A stretch of 63,888 nucleotides of DNA, filler included, from Sphacelaria rigidula (taxonomy: Eukaryota): the NCBI GenBank assembly GCA_964200075.2. It is 11 parts of 11 records of this genome, joined end to end, with 100 filler letters (N's around TTAATTAATTAA, not from the genome) between each part and the next. Parts side by side here need not be neighbours in the genome. Positions count along the whole stretch, not along the records: positions 1 to 5,718 come from CAXNAA020025007.1; positions 5,819 to 11,536 come from CAXNAA020025008.1; positions 11,637 to 17,353 come from CAXNAA020025009.1; 8 more parts are not named here. The stretch is one strand, 5' to 3'. Numbering within the stretch: position 1 is the stretch's first letter; each line of letters opens with the position of its first letter. The position numbers and the translations under genes are program-made. Positions 1-11,799 of this stretch are shown here, piece after piece. The notes below the pieces were generated by a model. It ran no database searches. It was not told the DNA's origin and saw only the letters and a list, made by a program, of their open reading frames with translations.

Positions 1-2638
1 GTCACAGGCTAGCAGAAGAAACCAAAATAAAATAACATAGATTCAGAGTGAAAAACTCACAAAATCCTAGTACCCTTCCGAGACAGCGCTTGTGGAACTG
101 AATCGAACATGGGGGGAACCAAAACAGAAATATCCACTACAAAATTGGTCCACGTACGTCTAGAGCGCGGCTCGGGTAGGGTAGAGCCCTGCTGTTGAAG
201 GGCTTTGACTACATGCTACGCTGCACTGGAGTGTGCAGCCGGATATAAATATCTCATTTGACACGCAGTTGCAGGACACCGCCATTTTGACGTATCGTGG
301 GTTAGCTATGCCCTCTCAAGCCAGCTGTCTTGAACTACATACAGTATTGAACTTTCGCGACAGCGAAGTGCTCCACGAGAGCATAAGTTTTCTGCGGACA
401 CTGACGAGAGCATGAAGGGTTGGGTATCGCCCCCAACTGGTTCTGAATGGCAGCGAAAAAACATGGGATATCGTTCCGTCGTAGTCTCACTCTTCGATGA
501 TTGCTCTGGTGAATGTACCCGGTTTTACGGGAAAATGCTTCCACTATTTGTTCCGAGGTCGTCGGAAACAAGAAAACAAGACGATTGATACAGACGCACG
601 TGATCGCACCCCGGGTTCAATACTTGAAAGCGAAAGCACACCAGTCTCTTGTAGAGGGCGTATATAGCTGTCCAAGCTGAAGAAGCTGACATCGAGTCAG
701 TATCCAATACTTTGACGCCAATATGCCGTAGAGGCTCGTGTTCCACTTCATTCGGGAAGTTTCATAGAGGTGGTGGGCTCAAAGTATTCAAGTATTTGAA
801 AGCAAGTACGCCAGAGCATGTCCCTGACTGACGATCAGGGAGGTGAAGATGAAAAAGCGGTCAGGTGTGCGCCCATGGTTTCGCCCCAGTATTCTGTCGT
901 AACCATTTTCCCCCGAGAGCAACCCGACTGGTGTCTGTGCCGGTTGGGGCAGGGGTACAGCTTGCCACGGCGACCATACTCCGAAAATTGCCTCACACAG
1001 CTACTTTCAAACATCGATGAATGCCACGTGTCATTCAACCAATCGGTTACTCTGCCGCAGCTCCGTTGACGGGCGGTCGAAGTGGAAAAACCTCCCCAGA
1101 GGCAAAAACAAAGGCATGCCACGTTTGCTCAGCTTGAAACATCTGTGGCGTGTAGCCACCCACTGACAGAGTGGTCTTAACCCTAGCCGCTGTCGCTGCG
1201 TGCTCCCCAATATCAGTGACACATTGTATGATATGCGGATAAAGTACTTGAACCTAAACACTCGGAGCAAATTCAACCCTAAGATGGGCGAAAGAGGGCT
1301 TCAACACGCACGAGACAGCGCCGTCTGTGAGTAGGATCGTGTTAGTGTACTTTGCCCAGATTGGACTGTGCCGCCAATTTCTTCTTGCGTGTTCGCTGAC
1401 TTCGTTCCATACCATACCGTCCCGGCGTGGACAGAATGTACAGTACATACTGTCTGTACTTACACAAGTTGTTCTTGATAATATTTGAGTCGGCACTTTA
1501 CACTTCACCTGGTGGCAGGGGGGGTTGCCTCACTGGTAGATGAAAGAAAATAACTACATTTACAAGTTTCACAGTGCGGCATTCCTTCGACGGAAACACG
1601 CGCTTTCACTTGCAGGGAGGGGAGGAGGGCTCGCTGACGCGGCGTGTATTCCGAGACCACCAAAGCATCAAAAGCCAGCACACCGATAGAGCTCGAGGCA
1701 TACTACACGGCGCATATTTCTCGAAACAGTGGGTGAAACAAGTGCACCGATCTGAAACAGATGCATTTGGAAGCATATGCTGTCGTGCAGAAATGGATGG
1801 TTTTGTGTGCATTTGTACGATAGCAATTACTCCGCTGGTGGTTAGGGAGACAAAGAAAAACAACAAACACGTGGTTGACTCTCGTTGCTCGATGAGACCA
1901 CACACTACAAAACGCTGTAAAAAAACAGTGCAACGATACACTGTTTTAGTTGAGCCTCTCAAGGTGAGCACGAACGTCAACATACTTTCAGTTAAAATCT
2001 AGAATGCATTGCAGAGAGCTGTCAAATGTTCAACAACTCTCACGTGTTTGCTTTCAATACGAGCACCACCAATGCATAAATTGTAGAATTTGTGCATTAC
2101 TAGTCGATCGCATCTCGAGTCATGGGACTCTTTTTCTCAGGTCTCCTTGGGCACAGTGGGGAGCGGTGTGATCAGCATCAGCAGCATGAAAAAAGACCCA
2201 CGGTGCTCGTCGGATTGCTCTCGTCAGCAAACAATCCGCACAGAATGGACACACCACCCCGTCAACAGACATATAGATCGCGCCAACACTGACTGTAACG
2301 TCCATGGCATAGTCGGTCGACACAGATCGACCATGTTTAGCTTCTCAGCTTGGTTATCGTAGTAAGATAACTTCCTCGCATGTCGGGTCAAACGCTTTTG
2401 TGTATCGTCCACTCCGCCTCTCCAACAAGTCAATGATCCCTCTATGCTGTACACTCTGTACACTAGGGCTACGATCGACAACACTCGTCACACTCTGGGG
2501 AGAACCAGTGACCGCTGCATGAGGGCCTGTCTGTCTCGCAACCGATCGTGTGAACAAACAATTGGCCGCAAAAAAAAACTCGAGATTGCATAATCTCACG
2601 TGGCGTCTACAAGCGAGTAGTACACAGTTGGCAAATAC

Positions 2639-2754
2639 CTGGTGCTAGTACCCTCCGGCACAGTGGCGCGCTCCCTGCGTCCCCGGCGAGGTTTCCGCAT
2701 CTCAGCCGAGGCAGGCGCGCCTGCAACCTCGAGTGCGCCGGCCTCTGCAGCGGC
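2639..2754 (-). CDS. RRM-domain RNA-binding protein, exon 2 (end of RRM plus basic linker)
   Basis: caatag|GCC acceptor, phase 0. Reads AAAEAGALEVAGAPASAEMRKPRRGRRERATVPEGTST, completing RRM helix 2/beta 4. AG|GTATTT donor. Not in the ORF track. Confidence 0.75.
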
Positions 2755-3449
2755 CTATTGCATTTTCAGTGAGTGGAAAATTAACGAACAGGAACAAGTT
2801 TTCGACTTCTAGTTTGTCTTGTGGACGGTGGGTATTTCTTGGGTTGGGGGGCAGGGGGTGGGGAACGGGCGGGGGTGGGGGGTGTCTACAGACTTGCTGA
2901 CTTCTGACATGCTTTGACCTCGCAGTTCAAAAACCACGAACATCTCAGTTTCAATGAGTTGGGTCACGAAGCTTGACAGTTATGCGGCGACTCAGATCGC
3001 TTCGGTTTGACGAGAGTCCAGTTGCTCTTGAGGCTTCAGGCGATCTTTCTTGGCATCCCCCACGATCGTAGTCTGTACTTGAACAAACCACTGTCAACTT
3101 TCTCTTCTCATCATCCAACAAAACGGAGAGGATCGTCGTCACTCAAATGTTTAGTACTGTCTAGGTTGTCTATTGATTTGAACAGGTGATTCGTTTGAAA
3201 AAGTCAAAAAATCTCCACTCGTTTTTGGTGAGAAAGCTTTACCGCCTCCCCACCGTCCCTCCCGGGAAAAAAATTGAACGATCCGTCCGCATGCTCTTGT
3301 ACCGAACAAGAACAAACCTGCGCTGACCACGAGCAACACACGACACATCTCTCCAATTTCCACTGCTGTGTGCAATGCACATAATAGCCCCGTATACGAA
3401 ACTCGAGTATCCAACTACTGTCCTGACCGGTCTGTTCTGCTGTACACAC

Positions 3450-3617
3450 CTGAGCCTGCGCTTCCTCGGCGAATTCTACGAAGCAGAAATCTTTCCCCTC
3501 AGGAATTGCCACTTCTGTGATATTCCCATACTGCGCGCAGGCGTCCCGCACGTCGGCCTCCGTGGTGTCGGTCGGCACACCCTTGATGTAGATCGTGCAC
3601 GATGCGATCTCCGCCAT
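3450..3617 (-). CDS. RRM-domain RNA-binding protein, exon 1
   Basis: MAEIASCTIYIKGVPTDTTEADVRDACAQYGNITEVAIPEGKDFCFVEFAEEAQAQ has RNP2-like IYIKGV and RNP1-like KDFCFVEF. It ends at a CAG|GTGTGT donor after exactly 56 codons. Confidence 0.88.
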
Positions 3618-5424
3618 TGTGTAGTTAGGCTGTAGGACTGCAAGATGGTTTGGGACAAAGCGTGCGCATTTCCTGTCGATTCTACGGAAACCAAGTCAAT
3701 GGGTGATTTCATACTCTGTCTTTCCCTCTCGTGTTGTCCCTCTCCCTCTCTCGCATATCTCTCTTTCGCGCTTTTTTCAGCGTCGGAAAATCACCACCAA
3801 AACTAGCCAACACAGAAGAGAGACCAAGGACACAGGATACGGCATCATCATCATTCCAGTGTGTGCCATGGACTCGCTCAGGGGAGTCAAGAAGGACTCA
3901 AAAATGCAGGAAAACACGCCAGGAACTTGGAAAAACGGCGATGATCATACCTGTCGACAACCGCATGTGTGTACCACTGTTATCTGAGGACGACCTCATA
4001 GGCACGGCCGCTACATAGCTCAGGTGTTGGAGCGAATTTTTAGACCAACGCAGCAGCTCCACAGCTAATATATATTTCTGAGCAATGTTTTTGTATTTTT
4101 TGAGCGGTGTGTGTGGGTCGCGTCTCTCAAAGGCGATCGGTATTTACTCATTCCCAAATCGGTTTGAGGGTGATTAATGGAGGATCGCGCGAAGCGGGCA
4201 TAGCTCGATCTTGCTTGATGAATCGTACCTGGGTGGCGAAGTCGGATGAATTGATGCTGTCAGTCTCAGGATAAAGTGTTTTCTCGTCCACGCTGTGTCG
4301 GCAGAGAGCGAGGCAAGCCACAAAAAAGCGGTATAGGTCCTTATACCGTTTTTTCCAGAGGCTTACAAACGATATGTTGTTTATCGAGTAAACGGTATAA
4401 TCTCAAAGCGGGCCGGGCCTGGTATACCAGATCTTGTAAACCTGGATCCGGGTTTACGCATAGAGGTCGGTGTTGAATATCAGAATCGCTCATACAACAC
4501 GTATCACAATCAACAGACAGACAACTAAGCAGCGACAGAGGCCCTCTTCTTCGGCGCGTCCGTGTCTAGTAGGCTATAGGGGCGATTTAACGGCCATACA
4601 GAGATTTATTGACCCCGCTTCATGTCTGTCTACTGTATATCATCATTACATTTGATGTTCCTAGTGCGTGTTGCTCATCTCTGGTGTCATCCGCGCTGCG
4701 AGTTCATGGGTACGGGTCGTTATGAAATAATTAAACTCAAATCAGCTATCTCTTCGTTGTTGTCCATGATTCTCGAACGAATAGCCCGGGCGGCCCGGGA
4801 TTTCTGTGTTGCTGTACACACGTGCGCTACTCAAGCCCCATGTACCGCAGAGAGGTCAAAAAGGTTGAATTGTTTGGGGGGTTTTATGTCCAGGCCCGGG
4901 CTGGGCTTCATTTCCCTCCGCCAGCTGGCTACAGCCCAGAACAGTGCAGTGCCTCGATGATATTTTATATTTTCACAAGCACCATGTCACCATGAAGCAA
5001 GCTTACGGTACACCTTCGAAAGGGGGCCGTGCTCTAGCACACGGGGTCGCACATGGAAGAGATATACATGTTTACGTTAGCTGTCCCATATTCGATGTGT
5101 ATAGTGCTTGGTCGTTTCCTATTTGCTGTATATGACTATTTATTACTATTTCCGCACATTAGTCCGATCTCGAGAACCCGTGGTCAAAGACTCTGCTCTG
5201 TATAATCAAGTACGGCCACAATTATAATACAGCGCACTGTACTGTACTGCTGTGGATGCGCGGCAACGTATGCACCGCGTGGGACAGGCTGTGGGGTGTA
5301 CACGCCCGGTGGAATGATGAATTGTTGGAAACCGAAAAGTGATCACTTCACACGCGGCGATTTGGCTACCTCCGAAATTCCTCCACGTGGGTGAACTTTT
5401 CGAGCCCCCAGAGGAATTAAACGC

Positions 5425-5640
5425 CTCTGGAGGGCCGCGCACCCCTCCAGAGGATATTTTTGTTCCATCCATGAACGCCTACGGAGGCTTATTTTCGCCT
5501 CTGGGGGGCCGCGCATACCCCCAAATTCCTTCGGAGGGGTGCGCGGCCCTCCGGGTCGGTAGAGTTTTGTTTCCTCCTGAGGGATTGAAGGCCTCGGAGG
5601 CTTGTTTTGCTCCTGGAGGGCCGCACATCCCTCCGGAAGC
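5425..5640. repeat. Cluster of four ~20-bp hairpin motifs GGAGGG-ccgcgcac-CCCTCC (three direct, one inverted)
   Basis: Copies near 5429, 5503 and 5615, plus an exact reverse complement near 5533. Probably subterminal repeats of a DNA transposon cut by the contig end. Confidence 0.65.
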
Positions 5641-5718
5641 ATTTTGGGGTGTAGCCAAATGGCCGCGTGTGCTGGCCTCGAAAATTCGTCACCCAGGCAG
5701 CGGTGGTAATGGCTAGCG

Positions 5719-5818
5719 NNNNNNNNNNNNNNNNNNNNNNNNNNNNNNNNNNNNNNNNNNNNTTAATTAATTAANNNNNNNNNNNNNNNNNNNNNNNNNN
5801 NNNNNNNNNNNNNNNNNN
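5719..5818. other. Artificial contig linker (44 N + TTAATTAATTAA + 44 N); first of 10 identical linkers
   Basis: Identical 100-bp linkers at 5719, 11537, 17354, 23171, 28988, 34805, 40622, 46439, 52256 and 58073. The intervening segments are 5718, 5718, 5717 (x8) and 5716 bp, i.e. size-sorted contigs. TTAATTAATTAA gives stops in all six frames. Confidence 0.98.
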
Positions 5819-6046
5819 GGTCGGCAAGCACGGATTTTCGCACACGAACTTTTGTTCAGCGGCCGATCTCGAAACCTCGGAGCCAAGCGAATCTGAAAAG
5901 CAGACTAGGCTCCTCTCTGTAGGGTGATGCAAAGGGTCCGAGGCGTGTGTTGGCGGTTTTCCCTCTTTTGGGGTCAAAAGGTGGGTCAAACGTCCCAAAA
6001 GTGAACAATCCGTGGGCCAAAAATCTGTTTGCCATAACATCGGGCC
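5819..6046 (+). mobile_element. Right end of a PIF/Harbinger (Tourist-like) element, diverged relative of the 52436-52715 MITE
   Basis: Internal sequence (ccaagcgaatc.gaaaag...ctaggctcctc...ggggtcaaaa) aligns by eye with 10390-10585 and 52500-52715. It ends GGCC followed by TTA (6047-6049). Confidence 0.6.
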
Positions 6047-6837
6047 TTAGACCCAAAATTATTGCACAAATGTGCTAAGGGTCATTACGCAAGTTTCGAT
6101 CGACGAGGGCTTTCTACTTCTTGGCTGTTATACCGGTTTTCGGGTCCGACGGGATCCAGGTCGTTTTTTCGAAGTCGTCTTCATTTTGGGACCCCGGAAA
6201 ACCGGCCCTGTGATATTTTCTTTATCTTCCGCAAACGCCCTGTCGTCGCAAGACCTAAGGAAAAGCCCTACAAAGTTTTCGTGGCCAAACTCGATTAAAC
6301 GATGCTTGAATTTCATGTTCACGTCAAAGAAGGCCCCCAAACGCCATTTTTGTACTAAAATCTGGGAGTTTGAAGTTCACCGTGGCACGGCAAGGTTCAT
6401 CGCACAAACGCGAAAAACTTCACGCCGTTTTGAGGAGTTAGACCCTGAAATTTTGCACAAATGTGCTTTGGGTAATTGCGCAACTTGAAATGAACGATTT
6501 TTTTTTTTTTTAACCATTTTACGGGGGTCCGACTGGATCGAGGTTTCCCCGAAAAACGGTGAAAAAAAAAAAACTCGACCTGTGAAAATTGCATGTTGTC
6601 CCATAGCACACTTGTTTAAAAGTTCAGGGTTCAACTCCTCAAAACGGCGTGCATTTTGCCGATGGGTATGTTTTGGGTCTTTTTCGTGAACCAGCTTGTG
6701 AAAGGTTCGCACTTCCAACCCTTCCCATACCTTAGCACGAGTCCGTGGTCTCAGCGGACCCATCTATCTCTCCCTTGGTACACGACTTACATTTTGGTCT
6801 CGCGGATAACAGCTAAGCAATGAACGTTGATGCACTA

Positions 6838-7675
6838 CCGCAATATCCTCTGTGAACGCCCCCCCCCCCCACCGCAAAAATTCATTTTTTGACGCCAAAA
6901 ACCTCGTGTTCACCCCGGGGCGCTATGTTTTTTTGCAAATACAAAATCGCCCCTCTATTTTTGTGTTCACCTCGGGGCGTTCTTTGTTTGCCCCCCCTTT
7001 TTTTCCGCCCCCGGGGTCTTCGTTCGTTTTTCGTGGCTCCCCACGGGGCGTTCTTTCAATCAGCTGCCTCCGGTACTGCTGCTGCTACAGCTGTCCTGTA
7101 GCTCCTGTCGTGTTTGTGCTACTGCTACTGCTGACTGTGCTATGTCGTTCCTATTGTTGTTGTTGTTATGGTTGTTGATGCTGTTCATGTCTTTGCTGCT
7201 GCTGCTGCTGCTGCTGCTGGTGACTCGTGAGGGCAAAGTTGGGCTCAAGGGACACTCGTTTGCGCGGACCCTTTTTTTATTGTTGGAGGGGCTGTCATCC
7301 CCATCCTCCTTCTCCTCACCACCCTGCGGACGACGCAAGCTCCGCCAATCACAAGCCTTTTTGCGCCTCTTCAAAGCTTGCTCGTAGATAGCGTTGAGGC
7401 CCGACATCGTGGGTTCAAAAACGAGAGAGGTCCGCGTAGACGTGCTGTGGATGTTGTGCAGGTAAAAACTACAAAAAGGCCCACGCCCAGGGGGCTTTTT
7501 CGCCCCGGGGTGTTATATTTGCCCAATAAAATAGCCGGCGCCCCGGGGCGAAAAAGCCCCGTTTTTTTTTTTTTCTACGGAAGATCGCCCCTCTACCTTT
7601 GAGAACACCCCGGGGCAATCCTCTGACGACCGGATTTTGACGCGCCCCCCGGGGCGTTCGCAGAGGATATTACGG
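6838..7675. mobile_element. Tc1/mariner/pogo-type non-autonomous element (838 bp) with TA TSD
   Basis: TA|CCGCAATATCCTCTGTGAACGCCCC ... GGGGCGTTCGCAGAGGATATTACGG|TA is a 25-bp TIR with 2 mismatches. TA at 6836-37 and 7676-77. Interior has repeated CCCCGGGGCG motifs and CTG/TTG microsatellites. Confidence 0.85.
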
Positions 7676-7679
7676 TATT

Positions 7680-8015
7680 ATTATTATAATTTTTTTAATC
7701 ATTTTCTATTTGTCGCACTTTAAACCCCCCCTCCTCGGGACGAGTCCGTAGTCTCACGGGATCAATCCGTCTCTCCCCGGTACACGCCTTGCATTTTGGT
7801 CTCGCGGATTGGGTTATGACTATCAGCACTCTCGCACCGCATCAACTCACATCAAACAAACTCAGTCGACTACTTCATTTTACTCACGTTCTCACGCTTC
7901 CCACGGTGGGAATCAGATACGACGAAGAGAAAACCCAACGCATCCGAAATCGAATCCCCGTTCTCTCCACCCTAACGCCGACAGTCGGACCCCTATACCA
8001 CCGGGGCGCGGCGGC
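7680..8015 (-). mobile_element. tRNA-headed SINE, family B, full length
   Basis: Head GCCGCCGCGCCCCGGTGGTATAGG...GGGATTCGATTTC (A/B-box-like) and 3' end ...AAAGTGCGAC + A-rich tail align with 62307-62634. Partial copies at ~6730-6810, ~31310-31395 and ~60900-61000. Confidence 0.7.
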
Positions 8016-10364
8016 ACTGTACTATAATTTAGTCGTACTGACGGTCAAAGCTTCGTTAGTACATCGCAAGCTGTATAAGCCCTCGCCATCGGCACTACCA
8101 GCAGTGCTGCTATCTGTACCGCCTGCTCTTCCGCCTCGGCGAGTGACGGTCTGTGGTAGAGTTCGAGAGTGCACGAAGCTTCTGCGGCTTCGGTGTGCAT
8201 CACCTTTCCTCGTTTGCAGTTGTTGCACCCTGTTATGTTTGCCCCCATATGGGTTGTCGCAGGCAAACTCGGTAGCAGCCGGATGTCGACACACAACAAT
8301 CGAACGTTGTACAGAGATTGGAACTATCGACAACTTTTGGACGAGGATACCTTGTGGGAAAATGAAGAACGTGCACGATCACCGTTGCTTTGCCATTACT
8401 GGAGGAAGGGAAACATGAGGGACACTTCGGCATCATGGAATCCGTGAGACAGCTACAAATTCCCGATCGATTTCGTAGGTTTGGAGAGAAAATATACCCA
8501 GGTGTTGACGCAACTTCAGTTTAACCCTTTGATCACGAGGGTAGGTCACCTGCTGAATCGGCATCAATGTTGAATTGAAAAACTTAGGCATGATCCAGAT
8601 GGACTACCCGCACCGCGGTCGGTCTACAAGCTGGTTCACGGAAAAGACCCCAAAACACTCATGGGCAAAAATTCACGCCGTTTTGAGGAGTTAGACCCTG
8701 AAAGTTTGAACAAGTGTTCTATGGATCATTACGCATATTTCCAAGGTCGAGGTTTTGTACTTGATGATTTTTTTCCCCGCTTATCGGGGGTCCCAGTTTT
8801 TCGAGGAAACTTCGATCCATTCGGACCCTCCTACAACGGTACAAGCGAAAACCCCCGAAAAACCTCGTCCATCCAGTGTTGCGTAATTACCCATAGAACA
8901 CCTGTGCAAAACTTCAGGATCTAACTCCTTGAAACGGCGTGAAGTTTTTCGCGTTTGTGCGATGAACCTTGCCGTGCCACGGTAAAACCGCAAACTATAG
9001 ATTTTAGTATAAGAATAGCCTTTTAGGGGGCTTCTTTGACGTGAACTCATGCATCAGTTTATCGAGTTTGGCCACAAAACTTTGCGGGGCTCTTTCTTGG
9101 GTTTTGTGACGACAGGGTGTTTGAGAGGAACGTGAAAAAAAGTCGAACTGCCGATTTTCCGGGGTCCCAGAATGAACGACTTCGATCCCACCGGACCCCT
9201 GAAAAACGGTAAAATTTTCAAAGAATAGAAAAGCCTCGTAGTCTGAAACTCGCACATGATTCATAGCACATTTGTGCAACGTTTCAGGATTTGAGTCCTA
9301 ATTACTGCGCGAAAGGTTGCGCGTTTGTGCGACAATATGAGCTTAAAACCTGCAAACTCCTAACTACTTGGTTTTAGTATTGAAACGTCTTTTTGGGGTG
9401 AATTTCACATCGAGGCAAGAAAAACTGTATGAGATTTTCGAGTTTCTCCACCAAACGTTGTACATGTGTTCCTTGGACTATTCCGGGACGCATCATGTTA
9501 CTATTTTCGTCTTGAGGCATCGTGTACCGCCTTCCGGGGGTCTTTGTACTAGGACCCCCGGAAGCCGGTGGAAAACGGAGAAACTTTGAAATCTTTCCAC
9601 TAACACATTTTTTCTGTTCGAAGCCTCAATACCTACGGAATTACCAAGTCTGATGTGAGCTTTTCTACAACAGATATAAGGGAAATCGTCAAGACGCTCT
9701 CTGAGTCTTTCGTACGTATCATGAGAGGAAACTATACGAAGCCAAAACTCCACGTGACCGAAACATGACGGTTTCGGGCATAATTCGATCCCGTTGGAAC
9801 CGTTTTCAAATCTATTTCTCTCGCTAGATATCCGAGCTGATGACGGTTACTACCATTTGAAGCATGTGGAGATTCGTTGGGAATTGGGCTTGGAATTCGT
9901 GTGTTCAATTTCAGAACAAATCGAAGGGCGCTGGTTGGTCGAGAATTGTTTCTGTCGATAACGCCACCGCTAGTCTTGAACAAAAATCTGGCTATGTCAC
10001 CCTGTTCGTCTGTTCACTGCCGTCAGTATGATACCACGTATGCGATTATTGGGTGCATATTGCAGAAGGCATTTGCTGAAGACACAATTTTGGGTCTTTG
10101 GCGCGAACTACTAGCCTGTAAGGGTTAAGGTATCGCAGAAAAGAGAGAAGGTACACGTAAATTTTCGGGTACACGTAAATTTTCGTCAACAACAAGTATG
10201 CGCTATATTAGGTCACTCACATGGCTGGAAACCTCGGCGTGGAATATTCAGCGGTACCCTCTTTACATATTTGTGGCGGAAATCAAATTTAGCTGTACCC
10301 AAAACTGTCGATCGCCTTTCAGTATGGACGTTTTTGGAAACAGCCGAGCTATGGTGGTAACATC

Positions 10365-10585
10365 TGTGCAATATATGTTTTCCTCATAATTCTGTCCAGA
10401 GGCCGCTCCCGAAATCTCTGACCCAAGCGAATCGGAAAAGTGGGCTAGGCTCCTCTCGGTGGGGTGATACAAAGTGTCCAAGACGTGTAGCGGCGATTTT
10501 CCCTGTTTGGGCGTCAAAAACCTTGTCAAATGTCCTACAAGTGGAAAATACGAGCCAAACAAAATACGAACCGCAAGAAACGGCC
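10365..10585 (+). mobile_element. Partial Tourist-like MITE (right TIR and body), same family as 52436-52715
   Basis: Ends gaaaatacgagccaaacaaaatacgaaccgcaagaaacggcc. The body is near-colinear with 52495-52715. Confidence 0.75.
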
Positions 10586-10946
10586 TAGGTGCATGATACG
10601 CGAAGATACTTTACAGTAGTAGGTCCGAAACGATCGCAAATGGACATGACATAATTTGAATGGGTCAGGTGTCTACCTCGGCAGCTAAGACCGCATGGAG
10701 TAAAAGGTTTTCAGCGTACGTTCAACATCACATTTGCCCGGCCTTCCCGGGATTAGAGCAATGGCGGACCACTGCAGTTTGCTGCAAACAGTAATTCACA
10801 TTGTGTACATGTATGTACAGCATTCACTAGATCATGATAAGCACTTCTTCAGCGGGAATGTCCGCCGAGAAACTGTACGACATATCTAAGCGAGGCCCGG
10901 AGCTCAGAGGGTTGAAGTGTACAATGCCTCAGAAAAGAGCACTCAC

Positions 10947-11045
10947 CCGTCAACTGTGCACGGAGCAGATTCCCGAGTCCTTCCACAAGAACCTCTGCAG
11001 CGGCTTGCGTCGCCTCCGTCGGTTCACCGTGATATCTACTCAAGC
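10947..11045 (-). CDS. Possible isolated coding exon, unknown product
   Basis: tcag|GC acceptor and G|GTGAGT donor, 99 nt, phase 1-1, open frame LSRYHGEPTEATQAAAEVLVEGLGNLLRAQLT. No recognisable domain. Confidence 0.35.
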
Positions 11046-11636
11046 CTGACATGTTGGGTCCTCTGATGTAATACGTCCACGGGTGACAGCTTTTGCCGAG
11101 GAACAGAGAACAACGTGACAAGCTCGCGGGACTGTCACGATATTTTCCTCTGATTTTATTGTATCTCTTGTTATTTCCTGCTGATCCTTAGCCAGACCCG
11201 CAGTCGAAAAGTAGGAGGTTCTCGGGAGCGAATTTCAGGTTCCTCTCAGGTGCCTCACGGACGTGGATCTTGTTAATGAATTTCCTATTCTTATTCTAAA
11301 ATACAGTAATAACTCGATGCCGAAGACAGACTTCGTCCAAAAAGACTGTTTTTCACCCCCCTTTTTTTTCTATCTTTTTCATTCAAAAAAGCGAAAAAAC
11401 TGCCACACCTTGGCCACACACCAAAGAATATCTCTACCACAACAGCGTACAATTACAGTGCAGCTGACACTTGAGTTGTACCGTAATGCACTCGACGGCT
11501 CTGAACACAAGGGGCCCTACAGACTGGAAAACGGTTNNNNNNNNNNNNNNNNNNNNNNNNNNNNNNNNNNNNNNNNNNNNTTAATTAATTAANNNNNNNN
11601 NNNNNNNNNNNNNNNNNNNNNNNNNNNNNNNNNNNN

Positions 11637-11718
11637 CATTCTGGCGCTCATTGCTTTCCTTACCTAGCTCATTACGTTTCTTCCATACATTACACAAGAA
11701 GGGGAGGGGGGGGGGGCA
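11637..11718 (-). mobile_element. 5'-truncated LINE family A fragment starting next to a C-run
   Basis: Encodes FLCNVWKKRNELGKESNERQN, matching the ORF2 C-terminus at 23363-23520 and 40551-40621. Preceded by a C-rich run on its strand. Confidence 0.7.
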
Positions 11719-11799
11719 TAGTGGAAAATGAAACACAACAAAACCAAAACACAACAAAACCAAAACACAAAAACACACGCTTCCAGACGACATGTTGGC

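Larger units (their letters stand above)
6047..9320. mobile_element. Foldback-like element with ~650-bp imperfect inverted arms built from a gaggagttagaccctgaaa..tttgcacaaatgtgct module
   Basis: 6377-6450 is nearly the reverse complement of 8905-8985. 6600-6700 matches 8628-8730 in reverse orientation, and 6060-6370 matches 8990-9300. Confidence 0.65.

Noticed and set aside
330..1510. Further RRM exons or a Harbinger transposase relic
   Set aside because: No phase-compatible exon with RRM motifs found, and transposase resemblance is too weak.
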